From Blastocatellia bacterium (lineage in GTDB: Bacteria; Acidobacteriota; Blastocatellia; UBA7656): a stretch of DNA of 64,000 bases. Positions 29,756-39,167 of this stretch are shown piece after piece (positions within the stretch are counted from its first letter, which is position 1; each line of letters starts with the position of its first letter). The position numbers were made by a program, and so were the translations under genes. The DNA lies in contig CAVXWP010000001.1 in NCBI GenBank assembly GCA_963765495.1, positions 1,152,001 through 1,216,000 of the forward strand, given 5' to 3'. Under the pieces are notes generated by a model. The model saw nothing but the letters and a program-made list of their open reading frames with translations. It had not been told where the DNA came from and did no database searches.

Positions 29756-30757
29756 TCAGTGCAACGTGCGGTTCGGATCGTCGAATCCGAATATATCGCG
29801 ATAGGCGACCGCTGCCGACGAGACTATCCACGGCATCGTGACAAATATGCCGACGAAACAGGCAAAAGTTCCGCCCACGGCTATTGTCGAAAAGACAAGA
29901 CCGACAACCCACCACATCAGCGCATCGCGCGAAAAGATCAATCGCCCTACCTCGTTGACCGCCGCTGCTACGTCCATCTTGCGCTCCAGTATCAGCGGCA
30001 GCGTGAATCCGAGCAGCATGGTCAAAATCGGTACCACGATGAAAGCCACTATGGCAAATAGCCCCCCGTTCTTGCTTGCGCCAGTGAGACCGCCATATAT
30101 GACCGCGCTTATCAGGTAGGCAAGAAACGCCTGAAAGAATCGGCCTTCCCAGTTGAACAGATCGTGCATCTCGGGGCGCTCTCCGCGCATGGCCTTAAAC
30201 GCCATGCGAAAAAGCCCCATCAGCAACGGCCCGGCCAGTATGCCTATCGAAAGCACGCTAAATAGACCGCCCAGAAATGAAGCAAGCGACATAAGCGCCG
30301 CATTTTCTTTGTAGAGGTGCCATCCGCCTGAAAGCCAGTCGCCCAGAGAAATATTATTGTATCCGGTACCGGGATTGATCGGGGCCGGCTGCTGCGGCTG
30401 TACGTACTGCGGCTGCGCGTAGGGTGGTTGCGTGTACTGCGGCTGCGCGTAGGGTGGGGGTTGAGGCTGTTGAGGCGGTTGATAATATCCCGCCGGAGGC
30501 GCGTAATTTGGGTTAGGTGGCCGCTCGGGATATGGAGCGGGATTATCACGCACCGGCATAGTCGGGCGCTGCTGGTCGCCGGTTACCCGCTTTTCCGGCG
30601 GCAATCGCCACGTGCCCGCATCTTCTGTGGGAGAAGTGTCGGGCGGCAACCGCATCGTGTCGCTCTCCTCTTCTGTCAGCTGGATGGGCATGCCGCATCG
30701 TTTGCAGAAGTTCACTCCCGGTTCAAGATCGGCTCTACAATTCGGACAATAATTCAT
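29756..30757 (-). CDS. Zinc-ribbon / Pro-Gln-rich / integral membrane protein
   Basis: CPNC..CKRC N-terminus, PPYAQPQY repeats (30-bp period at 30404 and 30434), several TM helices. Confidence 0.75.
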   Translation of the reverse strand: MNYCPNCRADLEPGVNFCKRCGMPIQLTEEESDTMRLPPDTSPTEDAGTWRLPPEKRVTGDQQRPTMPVRDNPAPYPERPPNPNYAPPAGYYQPPQQPQPPPYAQPQYTQPPYAQPQYVQPQQPAPINPGTGYNNISLGDWLSGGWHLYKENAALMSLASFLGGLFSVLSIGILAGPLLMGLFRMAFKAMRGERPEMHDLFNWEGRFFQAFLAYLISAVIYGGLTGASKNGGLFAIVAFIVVPILTMLLGFTLPLILERKMDVAAAVNEVGRLIFSRDALMWWVVGLVFSTIAVGGTFACFVGIFVTMPWIVSSAAVAYRDIFGFDDPNRTLH

Positions 30758-30879
30758 TCGTCTGGCTCCGCCTTAGCTTAACGATGAATGGCTGTTTATT
30801 GTTGCTTGCTTACACCCGTTCGAATTTGAGTGATATAAAGACACTCGCAATTTCTCGAACGATGATGATTTAGATTGTA

Positions 30880-31920
30880 TCACACGCGACCGATAGAGAC
30901 AGTCTGCGCCCCTTCGACAATGCGACCTATATCGTAGTATGTCTCACCTAGCTCGTCCAGATGCCGTCGCAGGCCGGCGGCATCATCGGCGCTCGTGACT
31001 ACGACCATGCCTATGCCCATGTTAAATGTTCTGTACATCTCCGGTTCGGGCACGTTGCCCAAGCGGGCGAGCAGGTCATAGACGGGCAGGACGGGCCAGG
31101 AGCCTTGAATGATACGGGCCGCAACACCTCTGGGAAGGATACGAGGAAGGTTTTCAAGCAATCCGCCGCCCGTGATATGAGCGAGACCCTTGATCACGCC
31201 CGATCCGATTAATCCTTCGAGCGCGCCGAGATAGCTTTTATGCGGCTTGAGCAACTCTTCGGCGACCGTGCAGCCAAACTCCTCAACCTGTGTATCGGGC
31301 GCATAGCCAGCCACTTCAAACAGTAATTTGCGCGCGAGGCTATAGCCATTTGTGTGCAGCCCCACCGAAGGCAGACCTGTCAGCACGTCTCCCACCTCGA
31401 TGCGCGAGCCGTCAATGATCTCTGAGCGATCAACCACGCCCACAATAAATCCGGCGATATCATATTCGCCGTCTGCATAAAATCCGGGCATCTCGGCCGT
31501 TTCGCCGCCAAGCAATGCGCATCCCGTTTCGCGGCATCCACGCGCAAGCCCTTCGATCACCTTTTCGATGGTGTCAGGCACTAGACGTCCGGCAGCGATG
31601 TAATCAAAGAAAAAAAGCGGGCGCGCGCCCTGCACAAGTATATCGTTCACCGAGTGGCACACCAGGTCGTACCCCACCGTGTTGTGAATGCCGGTCATAA
31701 AGGCCACACGGAGTTTTGTCCCCACTCCATCGGCAGAGGAAACAAGCACGGGTTCGCGCATGTCTCCGAAGTCGGCGCGAAACATGCCGCCGAACGAACC
31801 TATCTCGGTCATCACACCCGGCGTGAAAGTATCTCGCGCCAGACGCCTGATGCGCGCCACGGCATCGTTTGCGGCGTCTATATCAACGCCTGCATCGCGA
31901 TAACTGATCTCTTCGGTCAT
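30880..31920 (-). CDS. purM: Phosphoribosylformylglycinamidine cyclo-ligase
   Basis: YRDAGVD, DGVGTK, GGETAEMPG, HITGGG, TFNMGIG. Confidence 0.97.
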   Translation of the reverse strand: MTEEISYRDAGVDIDAANDAVARIRRLARDTFTPGVMTEIGSFGGMFRADFGDMREPVLVSSADGVGTKLRVAFMTGIHNTVGYDLVCHSVNDILVQGARPLFFFDYIAAGRLVPDTIEKVIEGLARGCRETGCALLGGETAEMPGFYADGEYDIAGFIVGVVDRSEIIDGSRIEVGDVLTGLPSVGLHTNGYSLARKLLFEVAGYAPDTQVEEFGCTVAEELLKPHKSYLGALEGLIGSGVIKGLAHITGGGLLENLPRILPRGVAARIIQGSWPVLPVYDLLARLGNVPEPEMYRTFNMGIGMVVVTSADDAAGLRRHLDELGETYYDIGRIVEGAQTVSIGRV

Positions 31921-31940
31921 AAGTTATTGCCAATCCGTAA

Positions 31941-32056
31941 GTGATACGTGAAGAATGATACGTGATGCGTGATTTACCCGCCTTGCAAGTCGCCCTTAAC
32001 AGGTGGTCTGCTTGAATATCACGCATCACGCATCACGTATCACTCTTCACGCATCA
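31941..32056. repeat. Heptamer-armed (CGTGATN) palindromic element
   Basis: Arms are mirror images including an irregular unit; core homologous to 46314-46418. Confidence 0.85.
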
Positions 32057-32283
32057 TTGCCCGTGAGTTCTTTCAGTAAATCTTCCACACGTTTCTTTTC
32101 CGCATCGCGGCTTGTCTTGTCTGCCTCGAAGCGCATCAGAAAATGGTCGCCGCCGCGCGCGTCTTCGGGCAAATACTTCACCGGCAGGTTGAACTTTACG
32201 CTGTCGTCGTCATAAAGCACAATGACCGCAAGATCATCTTCGATACGATCAATCACGATCTTCACACCTGTTTTGTCCTTCAT
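32047..32283 (-). CDS. DUF3006 family protein
   Basis: VIDRIEDDLAV...LP.DARGGD, downstream of a ComEC-like MBL. Confidence 0.8.
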   Translation of the reverse strand: MKDKTGVKIVIDRIEDDLAVIVLYDDDSVKFNLPVKYLPEDARGGDHFLMRFEADKTSRDAEKKRVEDLLKELTGNDA

Positions 32284-33266
32284 CGCGATCTCCTGCCGCT
32301 GCTCTTGCTATTTGGTTCGCCCGCCACCTTACCCGCCACTTCATCGCCCGTCAAGTAAAGCCGGTCGCGCGCTACCTGCTTTTCTGTGCTCATCTCGATG
32401 TTCTTGCCGTCACAGACGGCCGTTATCGTGCCTTCAAGATCGGTGCGATATACATCCGTGCTCTTCCGGCGCTGGTCGAGCATGCGTACGACCTTCGGAT
32501 GTGGATGATGATAATCGTTTCCCACCGCGCAACTGATCGTTATTATGGACGGGTTGACGGCTGCGAGCACCTCCTCGGTTGTGCCGTTTGAACTGCCGTG
32601 ATGCGCGGCCTTGAGCAAATCGGCCTGGAGTTTGCCTTTTTCTTCACCGATCATCTGTTTCCATGTCTCTTCTTCGGTGTCGCCTGTAAAGAGAAATCGC
32701 TTGCCGCCAAAGGTCAGCCGTACAACCAGCGAGGCGTTATTAGGGTTGTCATCGGGCAAATCTTTCAGGTTCTTTGGAGGGTTTAGCACTTCAAGCATCA
32801 CCTGCCCGATCTGGCGCGTGTCGCCTCGTCTGGGAGTTGAAAATTTTATCTTCTGATCCTTTATCGCCTGGAGCATATTGCCATAGGTTTTTGTTGAGTA
32901 TGGAAAGCCGGAATCCCAGAACTCTTTAACCTTGAAGGCGCGCATTACGTCGTCCATCTCGCCTATGTGATCAGAATGCGGATGTGTGGCGATTATCAGA
33001 TCAATATCTTTTACACCGTATCTTTTCAGCAGGTCTACGGTTGGCGCGCCTCTGTCGCCTGAATCTATAAGGATCGTTTCGCCATCGGGCAATTGAATCA
33101 ACTCCGCATCGCCCTGACCTATATCGAGGAAGTGAATCGTGAGCTTTCCGGCAACGGGGCCGGGCACGGGTTTTGGCTCCTGTCGCTTCTGATAAAAATA
33201 GTAAGCGGCTCCAAGCGCAAGCAATAAGAGCACTACGACGGTCGAGGAACTGGAACGTTTTCTCAT
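32280..33266 (-). CDS. ComEC/Rec2-type metallo-beta-lactamase-fold hydrolase, membrane anchored
   Basis: FLDIGQGD, THPHSDHIG, NNASLV, FTGD, AHHGS, HPH, YRTD. Confidence 0.9.
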   Translation of the reverse strand: MRKRSSSSTVVVLLLLALGAAYYFYQKRQEPKPVPGPVAGKLTIHFLDIGQGDAELIQLPDGETILIDSGDRGAPTVDLLKRYGVKDIDLIIATHPHSDHIGEMDDVMRAFKVKEFWDSGFPYSTKTYGNMLQAIKDQKIKFSTPRRGDTRQIGQVMLEVLNPPKNLKDLPDDNPNNASLVVRLTFGGKRFLFTGDTEEETWKQMIGEEKGKLQADLLKAAHHGSSNGTTEEVLAAVNPSIITISCAVGNDYHHPHPKVVRMLDQRRKSTDVYRTDLEGTITAVCDGKNIEMSTEKQVARDRLYLTGDEVAGKVAGEPNSKSSGRRSR

Positions 33267-33281
33267 TATTTTTTTGAGGGG

Positions 33282-34715
33282 CTAGGTGCGCGGCCAGACG
33301 CTGTCCTGCGCGAGTGCGCCTTCTTCTCTTTCGGTCTTGGTCCGCGCGCCTGATGTCACTGGTATAGGGTAATTAGAGGTATAACACGCCGTGCAGTGAC
33401 GGTTGCCGAAAGGGTCTCCGCAAGCGCGCAGCATCCCTTCCAGGCTCAGATAGCCGAGGCTGTCGGCCCCGATGTAATGGGCTATCTCTTCGACCGACAG
33501 GTTGGCGGCTATAAGTTCTTCCCGCGTTGGCGTATCGACTCCGAAAAAGCAGGGCGCGATTGTCGGCGGGCAACTGATGCGGACGTGCACTTCGCGCGCG
33601 CCCGCCTGACGAACCATCTGCACGATCTTCTTTGAAGTTGTTCCGCGCACTATCGAATCGTCAATCAACACTACGCGCAGCCCTTCGATCAGATCGCGCA
33701 CGGGGTTGAGTTTTACCTTGACGCCGAAGTGGCGGATCGATTGTTTCGGCTCGATGAAGGTGCGCCCGACGTAGTGGTTGCGCATCAGCCCGAAACGAAA
33801 CTTCAGACCCGATTCCGACGCATAGCCGATGGCGGCGGCGGTTCCCGAATCAGGCACGGGGACGACTATGTCGGCGTCGGCCGGGTGCTCGCGGGCCAGT
33901 TGTTGCCCCATCTTGTGGCGGCTCTTGTTGACGGAGCGGCCAAAGACTATCGAATCGGGGCGCGAGAAATAGACGTGTTCAAATATGCAGTATGTCGGTT
34001 TTTCCTTTTGAAGCGGGAAAGACGAGTGAATCCCCTCGCGGTCGATTATGAGTATCTCGCCCGGTTGCACGTCGCGCAGATAGGTCGCATCGATCAGATC
34101 GAAGGCGCAGGTTTCCGACGCGATTACATAGGAATCGCCCAACTGACCCAGACACAGCGGGCGGAATCCGCGCGGGTCGCGCGCGGCTATGAGGCTGTCT
34201 TTTGTGAGAAAAAGCATCGAGTACGCGCCCTGTATCTCGGTGAAAGTGTCGACAATCGCGCCGGGAATATCGAGGGCGCGCGAGCGGGCAATCTTGTGCA
34301 ACACTACTTCGGTGTCTGAGGTCGAAGAGAAAATAGCGCCGTCCATTTCAAGCTCGGCGCGCACCTCGGTCGCGTAGGGCAGATTGCCGTTGTGGCAAAG
34401 CGCGATCTGTCCGCGATGTCCGTTTACGAGAAACGGCTGCGCTTCGAGCAACGAGACGCTTCCGGCAGTTGAATACCGAACGTGCCCGATGGTAGCGCGG
34501 CCCGGCAGGCGGGCGAACTGGTCTTCGCCGAATATTTCGCTTACGTGCCCCATGCCGCGAGCCGCCTGAAGGCGCTCTCCGTCGGATGAGACTATCCCTG
34601 CCGATTCCTGCCCGCGATGTTGCAGGGCGTAAAGGCCCAGGTAGGTAAGACGGGCGGCATCTTCGTGGTTGAAGATACCAAATACGCCACACTCATCTCG
34701 AAACTTATCCAGCAT
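33282..34715 (-). CDS. purF: Amidophosphoribosyltransferase
   Basis: Propeptide + CGVFG, LQHRGQ, GHVRYST, VLIDDSIVRGTT, Fe-S Cys. Confidence 0.97.
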   Translation of the reverse strand: MLDKFRDECGVFGIFNHEDAARLTYLGLYALQHRGQESAGIVSSDGERLQAARGMGHVSEIFGEDQFARLPGRATIGHVRYSTAGSVSLLEAQPFLVNGHRGQIALCHNGNLPYATEVRAELEMDGAIFSSTSDTEVVLHKIARSRALDIPGAIVDTFTEIQGAYSMLFLTKDSLIAARDPRGFRPLCLGQLGDSYVIASETCAFDLIDATYLRDVQPGEILIIDREGIHSSFPLQKEKPTYCIFEHVYFSRPDSIVFGRSVNKSRHKMGQQLAREHPADADIVVPVPDSGTAAAIGYASESGLKFRFGLMRNHYVGRTFIEPKQSIRHFGVKVKLNPVRDLIEGLRVVLIDDSIVRGTTSKKIVQMVRQAGAREVHVRISCPPTIAPCFFGVDTPTREELIAANLSVEEIAHYIGADSLGYLSLEGMLRACGDPFGNRHCTACYTSNYPIPVTSGARTKTEREEGALAQDSVWPRT

Positions 34716-34837
34716 ATTGTGGTCTCCTGAGAGATCATTAATTTTAACCGGATCGGGGCCGACTGGCAATTACAAACCAATGTATTAATGCAATGCCGGG
34801 CCAGAACTTCAGGGCCAGTTGATTCTCAGGAAAAGCA

Positions 34838-34905
34838 TAGGGCACTTTGAGGCTCTGCGAGAAATAGATTATCGCTAAGGCGCAAAGCCCTAAAGTGCGC
34901 AAAGG
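34838..34905. repeat. 8-mer (CGCAAAGN)-armed palindromic element, degenerate
   Basis: Shares the TGCGAGAAATAGA core with 62911-62988. Confidence 0.7.
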
Positions 34906-34948
34906 TCTTGTATCGATCAAAGAGATTCTGTTGAGAGGGTGTTTGCGG

Positions 34949-37387
34949 TTACATCAATCTGAACTGTCCGGTTTCGGTTAGTTTGAATTCGCCTGATTGC
35001 GCGGGCATCGCTTTTCGCTTGTTTTTGTTCGAATACATGGAGCGGTCGGCGGCAAGCAGCAACTCGTCAAGCGTCGTTCCGTCTACGCCAAAACAGGCCC
35101 AGCCTACGCTGATGCCCACATAGATGTTGGTCCCGCCAAATGAGAAATCGTGTTTGTCTATGGCATTTTGAATGCGTCTCACAAGCTCGCTCACTTCCTC
35201 AGAGCCTACCTGTAGAATGGCAACAAATTCGTCCCCGGCATACCGGCTTATAAAATCCGAAGATCGAATCTGAGTGAGCAGAATCTGCGCGAGTTCTTTC
35301 AGCAGGGTGTCTCCGGCCTGATGGCCGAGGCGGTCGTTGACCGATTTGAAGCCGTCCAGATCCATCATCACAACCGAGAAAACATCGCGATGACGCACGG
35401 CCCGGTCCACTTCTTCTTCGAATTTGTGACGCAGGGCGCGCGCGTTTGGCAATCCCGTCAGAGAGTCTGTCAGCGCGCTCGTTTCGGTCCTCTCGTGGTG
35501 CACGGCATTGGCTATTGCGTCGGAAGCGAGCTTTGCTACGGCCTCTACAAGGCGCAGGTGGTCTCCGTCATAGGCGCTCAATTCGGCCGAATAAAGCGCA
35601 AGCGCCCCAAGCACTTCTCCGTCCCGCATCAACGGCACGACCGTGGCGGTCTGATATGTTTCAGCCACATCGGCCCTCATGGCGTCGAAATCCAGCACCG
35701 GGTCGCTATTGTGCATGGAATGAGCGTTGACCACGACCCATCCGGCAATGCCTGCTCCGGCGGGCATGCGTCTGCCTTTGAACCGATCCTGATTCCGCCC
35801 CGATACATGCGTCGCCTCGATCTCATCCGAATCCTGCTTTGTCAGGTATAGCACGCACGTCGTGTAGCTCACTATATCCTGTAGCCTGGAAGAGAAGACC
35901 GCGAACGTGTCGCGCAGGTCGAGACTCGTTCCAATGGTCTGCGCTATGTCATAGAGCGTTATTACCTCGCGGTGCGCATTGCGTATCTGCTCAAAGACGC
36001 CCGGGCTGTTGTCGAGAGGCGTTCTCTGGGCATGATTTCTGCTCTTCCGGGGGCCTGCTGACGGCAGTTCCACTCTTTGATTGCGTATATCGGCTTCGAA
36101 TTCTTCCAGATGTTCGAGAAAAGTAGTGACCACGTTCGGATCGAACATAGTCCCTTTCCCGGCCTGCAAAATTCCGAGGGCCTCTTCGCGAGTCATGGCC
36201 TTGCGGTACTGGCGGTCTTCGCGCACCGCGTCGAAGCAATCGGCCACGGTCAGTATCCTCGCAGTGATCGGTATCTGATCGCCACGGAGTCCGTCCGGGT
36301 AGCCGCGCCCATCCCACCTTTCGTGATGGTGGCGGACGACGGGTACCACCGGATAGGGAAACCCCACCCGCTCAAGTATTTCTGCGCCCACGATTGTGTG
36401 GACCTTCATCTTATCGAACTCGGCAGGCGTGAGCGGGCCGGGTTTGTTGAGAATGTAATCCGGCACGGCCAGTTTGCCTATGTCGTGAAGCAGCGCCCCG
36501 GCCTTGAGCGCTTCTATCTCAGGCTCGCTCAGCCCGAAGAGCCGGGCAAGCCCCGTGGCGTATATCTGCACTCTATGCACGTGATCGTGAGTCACTTCGT
36601 CTTTGGCGTCTATGGCGATTGCGAGCGCCTCTATAGTTCTCAAATGCAGATCGGCCATCTGCTCGACGTGAGTATTGGAGGACTCGACCTTGTCGAGATA
36701 TATCTTGTAGGTGAAGTAGGTGATGGTCACAATCGGGACCGAAATGATGAAGGCGTAAAAGGATATGACCGAGATGAGCTTGACTATGAGGCAGGCGGCA
36801 GCCGCGCCCGCGAAATAAGAGATCGAGGTCCACAGAAACGAATCTTTCCAGGTCTTTCCAACTCCCTGTCTGCGACGGAGAGCCATCACTATGCTGACTA
36901 TGCCCGAATTCAATATGAAGTGAATCAGGGCCAGCGTAGCGGCGGCCATAAACAGGGTATCGAGATCCGAGGCCGTGCTGATCGCATTGCCGTAGGCGAG
37001 CCTTGTCAATGTGCTCGAAGCAAACACCGACATGCTCATGACGGCCACATTGAACGGCAATACCCTTTGCTTGTTCTTGTAATGAAGTGAGCAGATGGCG
37101 GCATCAAACCCGGCCAAAAGTACCGAATGATGCGTTCCATACAGGAGGACGGATATAAAAATGAAAGCGTCTGTGATCGTCACCGTGCTCGTTGTTCTGG
37201 GAATGTCTATGTCTATGCGTGACACAAGCATCACAGTGACAAGGCTCAAAAGCACCCACTCGAAATTCAGAGGACTTGTGATTACCACAATCGTGGAATA
37301 GGCGAATAAGGACAATCCGATAACCGATACCGCTATGATAAAAAGCCGGGTTATTGAGCGGTCATGGTCGGTTAGGATATACCCCAT
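34949..37387 (-). CDS. Membrane c-di-GMP enzyme: TM domain, HD-GYP, GAF, GGDEF
   Basis: HDIGK, HHERWDGRGYP, DLDGFKSVND.LGH, RYAGDEF. Confidence 0.92.
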   Translation of the reverse strand: MGYILTDHDRSITRLFIIAVSVIGLSLFAYSTIVVITSPLNFEWVLLSLVTVMLVSRIDIDIPRTTSTVTITDAFIFISVLLYGTHHSVLLAGFDAAICSLHYKNKQRVLPFNVAVMSMSVFASSTLTRLAYGNAISTASDLDTLFMAAATLALIHFILNSGIVSIVMALRRRQGVGKTWKDSFLWTSISYFAGAAAACLIVKLISVISFYAFIISVPIVTITYFTYKIYLDKVESSNTHVEQMADLHLRTIEALAIAIDAKDEVTHDHVHRVQIYATGLARLFGLSEPEIEALKAGALLHDIGKLAVPDYILNKPGPLTPAEFDKMKVHTIVGAEILERVGFPYPVVPVVRHHHERWDGRGYPDGLRGDQIPITARILTVADCFDAVREDRQYRKAMTREEALGILQAGKGTMFDPNVVTTFLEHLEEFEADIRNQRVELPSAGPRKSRNHAQRTPLDNSPGVFEQIRNAHREVITLYDIAQTIGTSLDLRDTFAVFSSRLQDIVSYTTCVLYLTKQDSDEIEATHVSGRNQDRFKGRRMPAGAGIAGWVVVNAHSMHNSDPVLDFDAMRADVAETYQTATVVPLMRDGEVLGALALYSAELSAYDGDHLRLVEAVAKLASDAIANAVHHERTETSALTDSLTGLPNARALRHKFEEEVDRAVRHRDVFSVVMMDLDGFKSVNDRLGHQAGDTLLKELAQILLTQIRSSDFISRYAGDEFVAILQVGSEEVSELVRRIQNAIDKHDFSFGGTNIYVGISVGWACFGVDGTTLDELLLAADRSMYSNKNKRKAMPAQSGEFKLTETGQFRLM

Positions 37388-37443
37388 ATTCTTGCCTCTA
37401 CACGCAAATCGCCTAACTGGAAAAATCAGGTCTATTTGGCAAG

Positions 37444-37459
37444 AGCAACATGCATGCCA
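37444..37459 (-). promoter_or_regulatory. Sigma54 (-24/-12) promoter
   Basis: Minus strand TGGCATG-CATG-TTGCT matches TGGCAC/TG-N4-TTGCW, 57 bp upstream of ATG 37387. Confidence 0.75.
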
Positions 37460-37547
37460 TTAAAGCGGACAAAAAAAAGCGCTTATTACACGGGCTATTA
37501 GAGATACATAAGAAAAATGGCCTGTCGACCCCTGCGTCATGTTGCAT

Positions 37548-37577
37548 CAATATGACCGAATTATTTCGGTCATATTG
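37548..37577. promoter_or_regulatory. 13-bp perfect inverted repeat, candidate enhancer or TF site
   Basis: CAATATGACCGAA-TTAT-TTCGGTCATATTG. Confidence 0.55.
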
Positions 37578-37756
37578 CCACAGTTCTATACACAAAGAAC
37601 GCCGGGTCGCGACCATCTCGCTTCACCCGCGATGCCTTTTTCAGTGTCGGGGTAATCAAACTCGCATCGGGTTTCCAGATCCAATAAGGAAGTTTAACCT
37701 GAACCGAGAATTGTTGACCGGGACGGATCGGGTGGTTATAAATCAATGTAGTAAGC

Positions 37757-39043
37757 ATGAAGACGTCGTCGGCCCCAGTTCTTGATCAGACCAGCGACGC
37801 GGCGGCTAAGAGAACCTCCGGTCACGCCGGTTTCCTCGACTATGCCGGCGTAGCCCTCGACTCTTTGCGCGCAAACGCGCTTCGGTCGTTTCTGACCCTG
37901 CTCGGCATCATAATCGGCATCACTTCGATCATAGCCGTAATATCGATTATTAAGGGTCTGGATCTTTACTGGAAACAGAAGGTCTCCAATTTTGGGCCAA
38001 ATGCCTTCGTGGTCACGCAGTATCCGATTACTACAAACCTCGACAAGTTTTTCGAGATGTTGCGCCGCAACCCTGAAATCTATGTGGAGGACGCCAATGC
38101 TATACGTGCCGCTTGCAGCAGTTGCGAACTGGTAGGGGTAGAGACACACAAGGCGGTAAATGTTCGCTACGGCAGGCGCACGGTCGAGCAGGTTGATCTG
38201 GACGGAATGACGCCCAACGTCATCGACATAGAGCCTTATGATGTCGAGATGGGGCGTAATATAGTGGATTGGGAAGATGAGCACTCGCGTTTTGTGACCT
38301 TTATCGGCTGGGAGATCGCTGAAAAGGTTTTTCCGGGCGAAGACCCTCTGGGCAAGTCCCTCAAGATCGAAGACCATCCGTTTACCGTAGTAGGCGTGGC
38401 CGAAAAGCGCGGCTCGGTGTTTGGGTATTCGCGCGATAATTTTGCGAAGATCCCGCTTTCGACATTTCAAAAGATATACGGCGCGCGCCGGTCGGTGAAC
38501 ATCTCGATAAAGGCCCGGGCCGACCAGATGCAGCAGGCTCAGGATCAGGCGCGGCTCGTTATGCGTTCGCGCCATCGAGTGGGTTATCACGAAGAAGATG
38601 ATTTCGGGTTGATAACTTCCGAAGGCGTAAACGAACTCTTCAACAACCTGACCAGAATCATCTTTTCGGTATCGCTTTTCGTAGTCGGGATATCGCTTGT
38701 GGTCGGCGGCATAGTGATAATGAACATAATGCTCGTGTCGGTCGTTGAGCGGACAAAGGAGATAGGGATTCGCAAGGCAGTGGGCGCGCGTCAGCAGGAT
38801 GTAGTAAATCAATTTCTGGTTGAGTCGGTCGTTTTGTGCTGCGCGGGCGGAGTCGGCGGAGTGATGATGGCTTACGGCATCTCGTGGTTGATAGCGCGGT
38901 TTACACCCCTGCCGTCGGCATTTCCTTTATGGGCACCCCTGCTGGCCTTTCTGCTCTCAACCATAATAGGAGTCTTTTTCGGGATATATCCGGCGCGGCG
39001 TGCCGGTCGCCTCGACCCGATTGAGGCGCTTCGCACAGAATGA
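37757..39043 (+). CDS. MacB/FtsX-type ABC permease
   Basis: RSFLTLLGIIIG, VGGIVIMNIMLVSVVERTKEIGIRKAVGA, LDPIEALRTE. Confidence 0.92.
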   Translation: MKTSSAPVLDQTSDAAAKRTSGHAGFLDYAGVALDSLRANALRSFLTLLGIIIGITSIIAVISIIKGLDLYWKQKVSNFGPNAFVVTQYPITTNLDKFFEMLRRNPEIYVEDANAIRAACSSCELVGVETHKAVNVRYGRRTVEQVDLDGMTPNVIDIEPYDVEMGRNIVDWEDEHSRFVTFIGWEIAEKVFPGEDPLGKSLKIEDHPFTVVGVAEKRGSVFGYSRDNFAKIPLSTFQKIYGARRSVNISIKARADQMQQAQDQARLVMRSRHRVGYHEEDDFGLITSEGVNELFNNLTRIIFSVSLFVVGISLVVGGIVIMNIMLVSVVERTKEIGIRKAVGARQQDVVNQFLVESVVLCCAGGVGGVMMAYGISWLIARFTPLPSAFPLWAPLLAFLLSTIIGVFFGIYPARRAGRLDPIEALRTE

Positions 39044-39048
39044 TTAGC

Positions 39049-39162
39049 GGGGGCCAGGGGCCGGGGGTCGGGGGACCAGTGATTCCTGGCAATAACTTTC
39101 AACCCGATCTAATACTACTTTAAAGTCTTTTACTGACCCCCGGCCCCTGGCCCCTGGCCCCC
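39049..39162. repeat. Heptamer-armed (GGGGCCA/TGGCCCC) palindromic element
   Basis: GGGGCCAGGGGCCGGGGGTC...GACCCCCGGCCCCTGGCCCCTGGCCCCC with AT-rich core. Confidence 0.85.
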
Positions 39163-39167
39163 AAGAT

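Noticed and set aside
37388-37756. c-di-GMP riboswitch upstream of the GGDEF gene
   Set aside because: No GEMM-like motif recognised; the region is better explained by a sigma54 promoter
36077-38812. 337-aa and 358-aa antisense ORFs
   Set aside because: Shadows of the HD-GYP and permease genes
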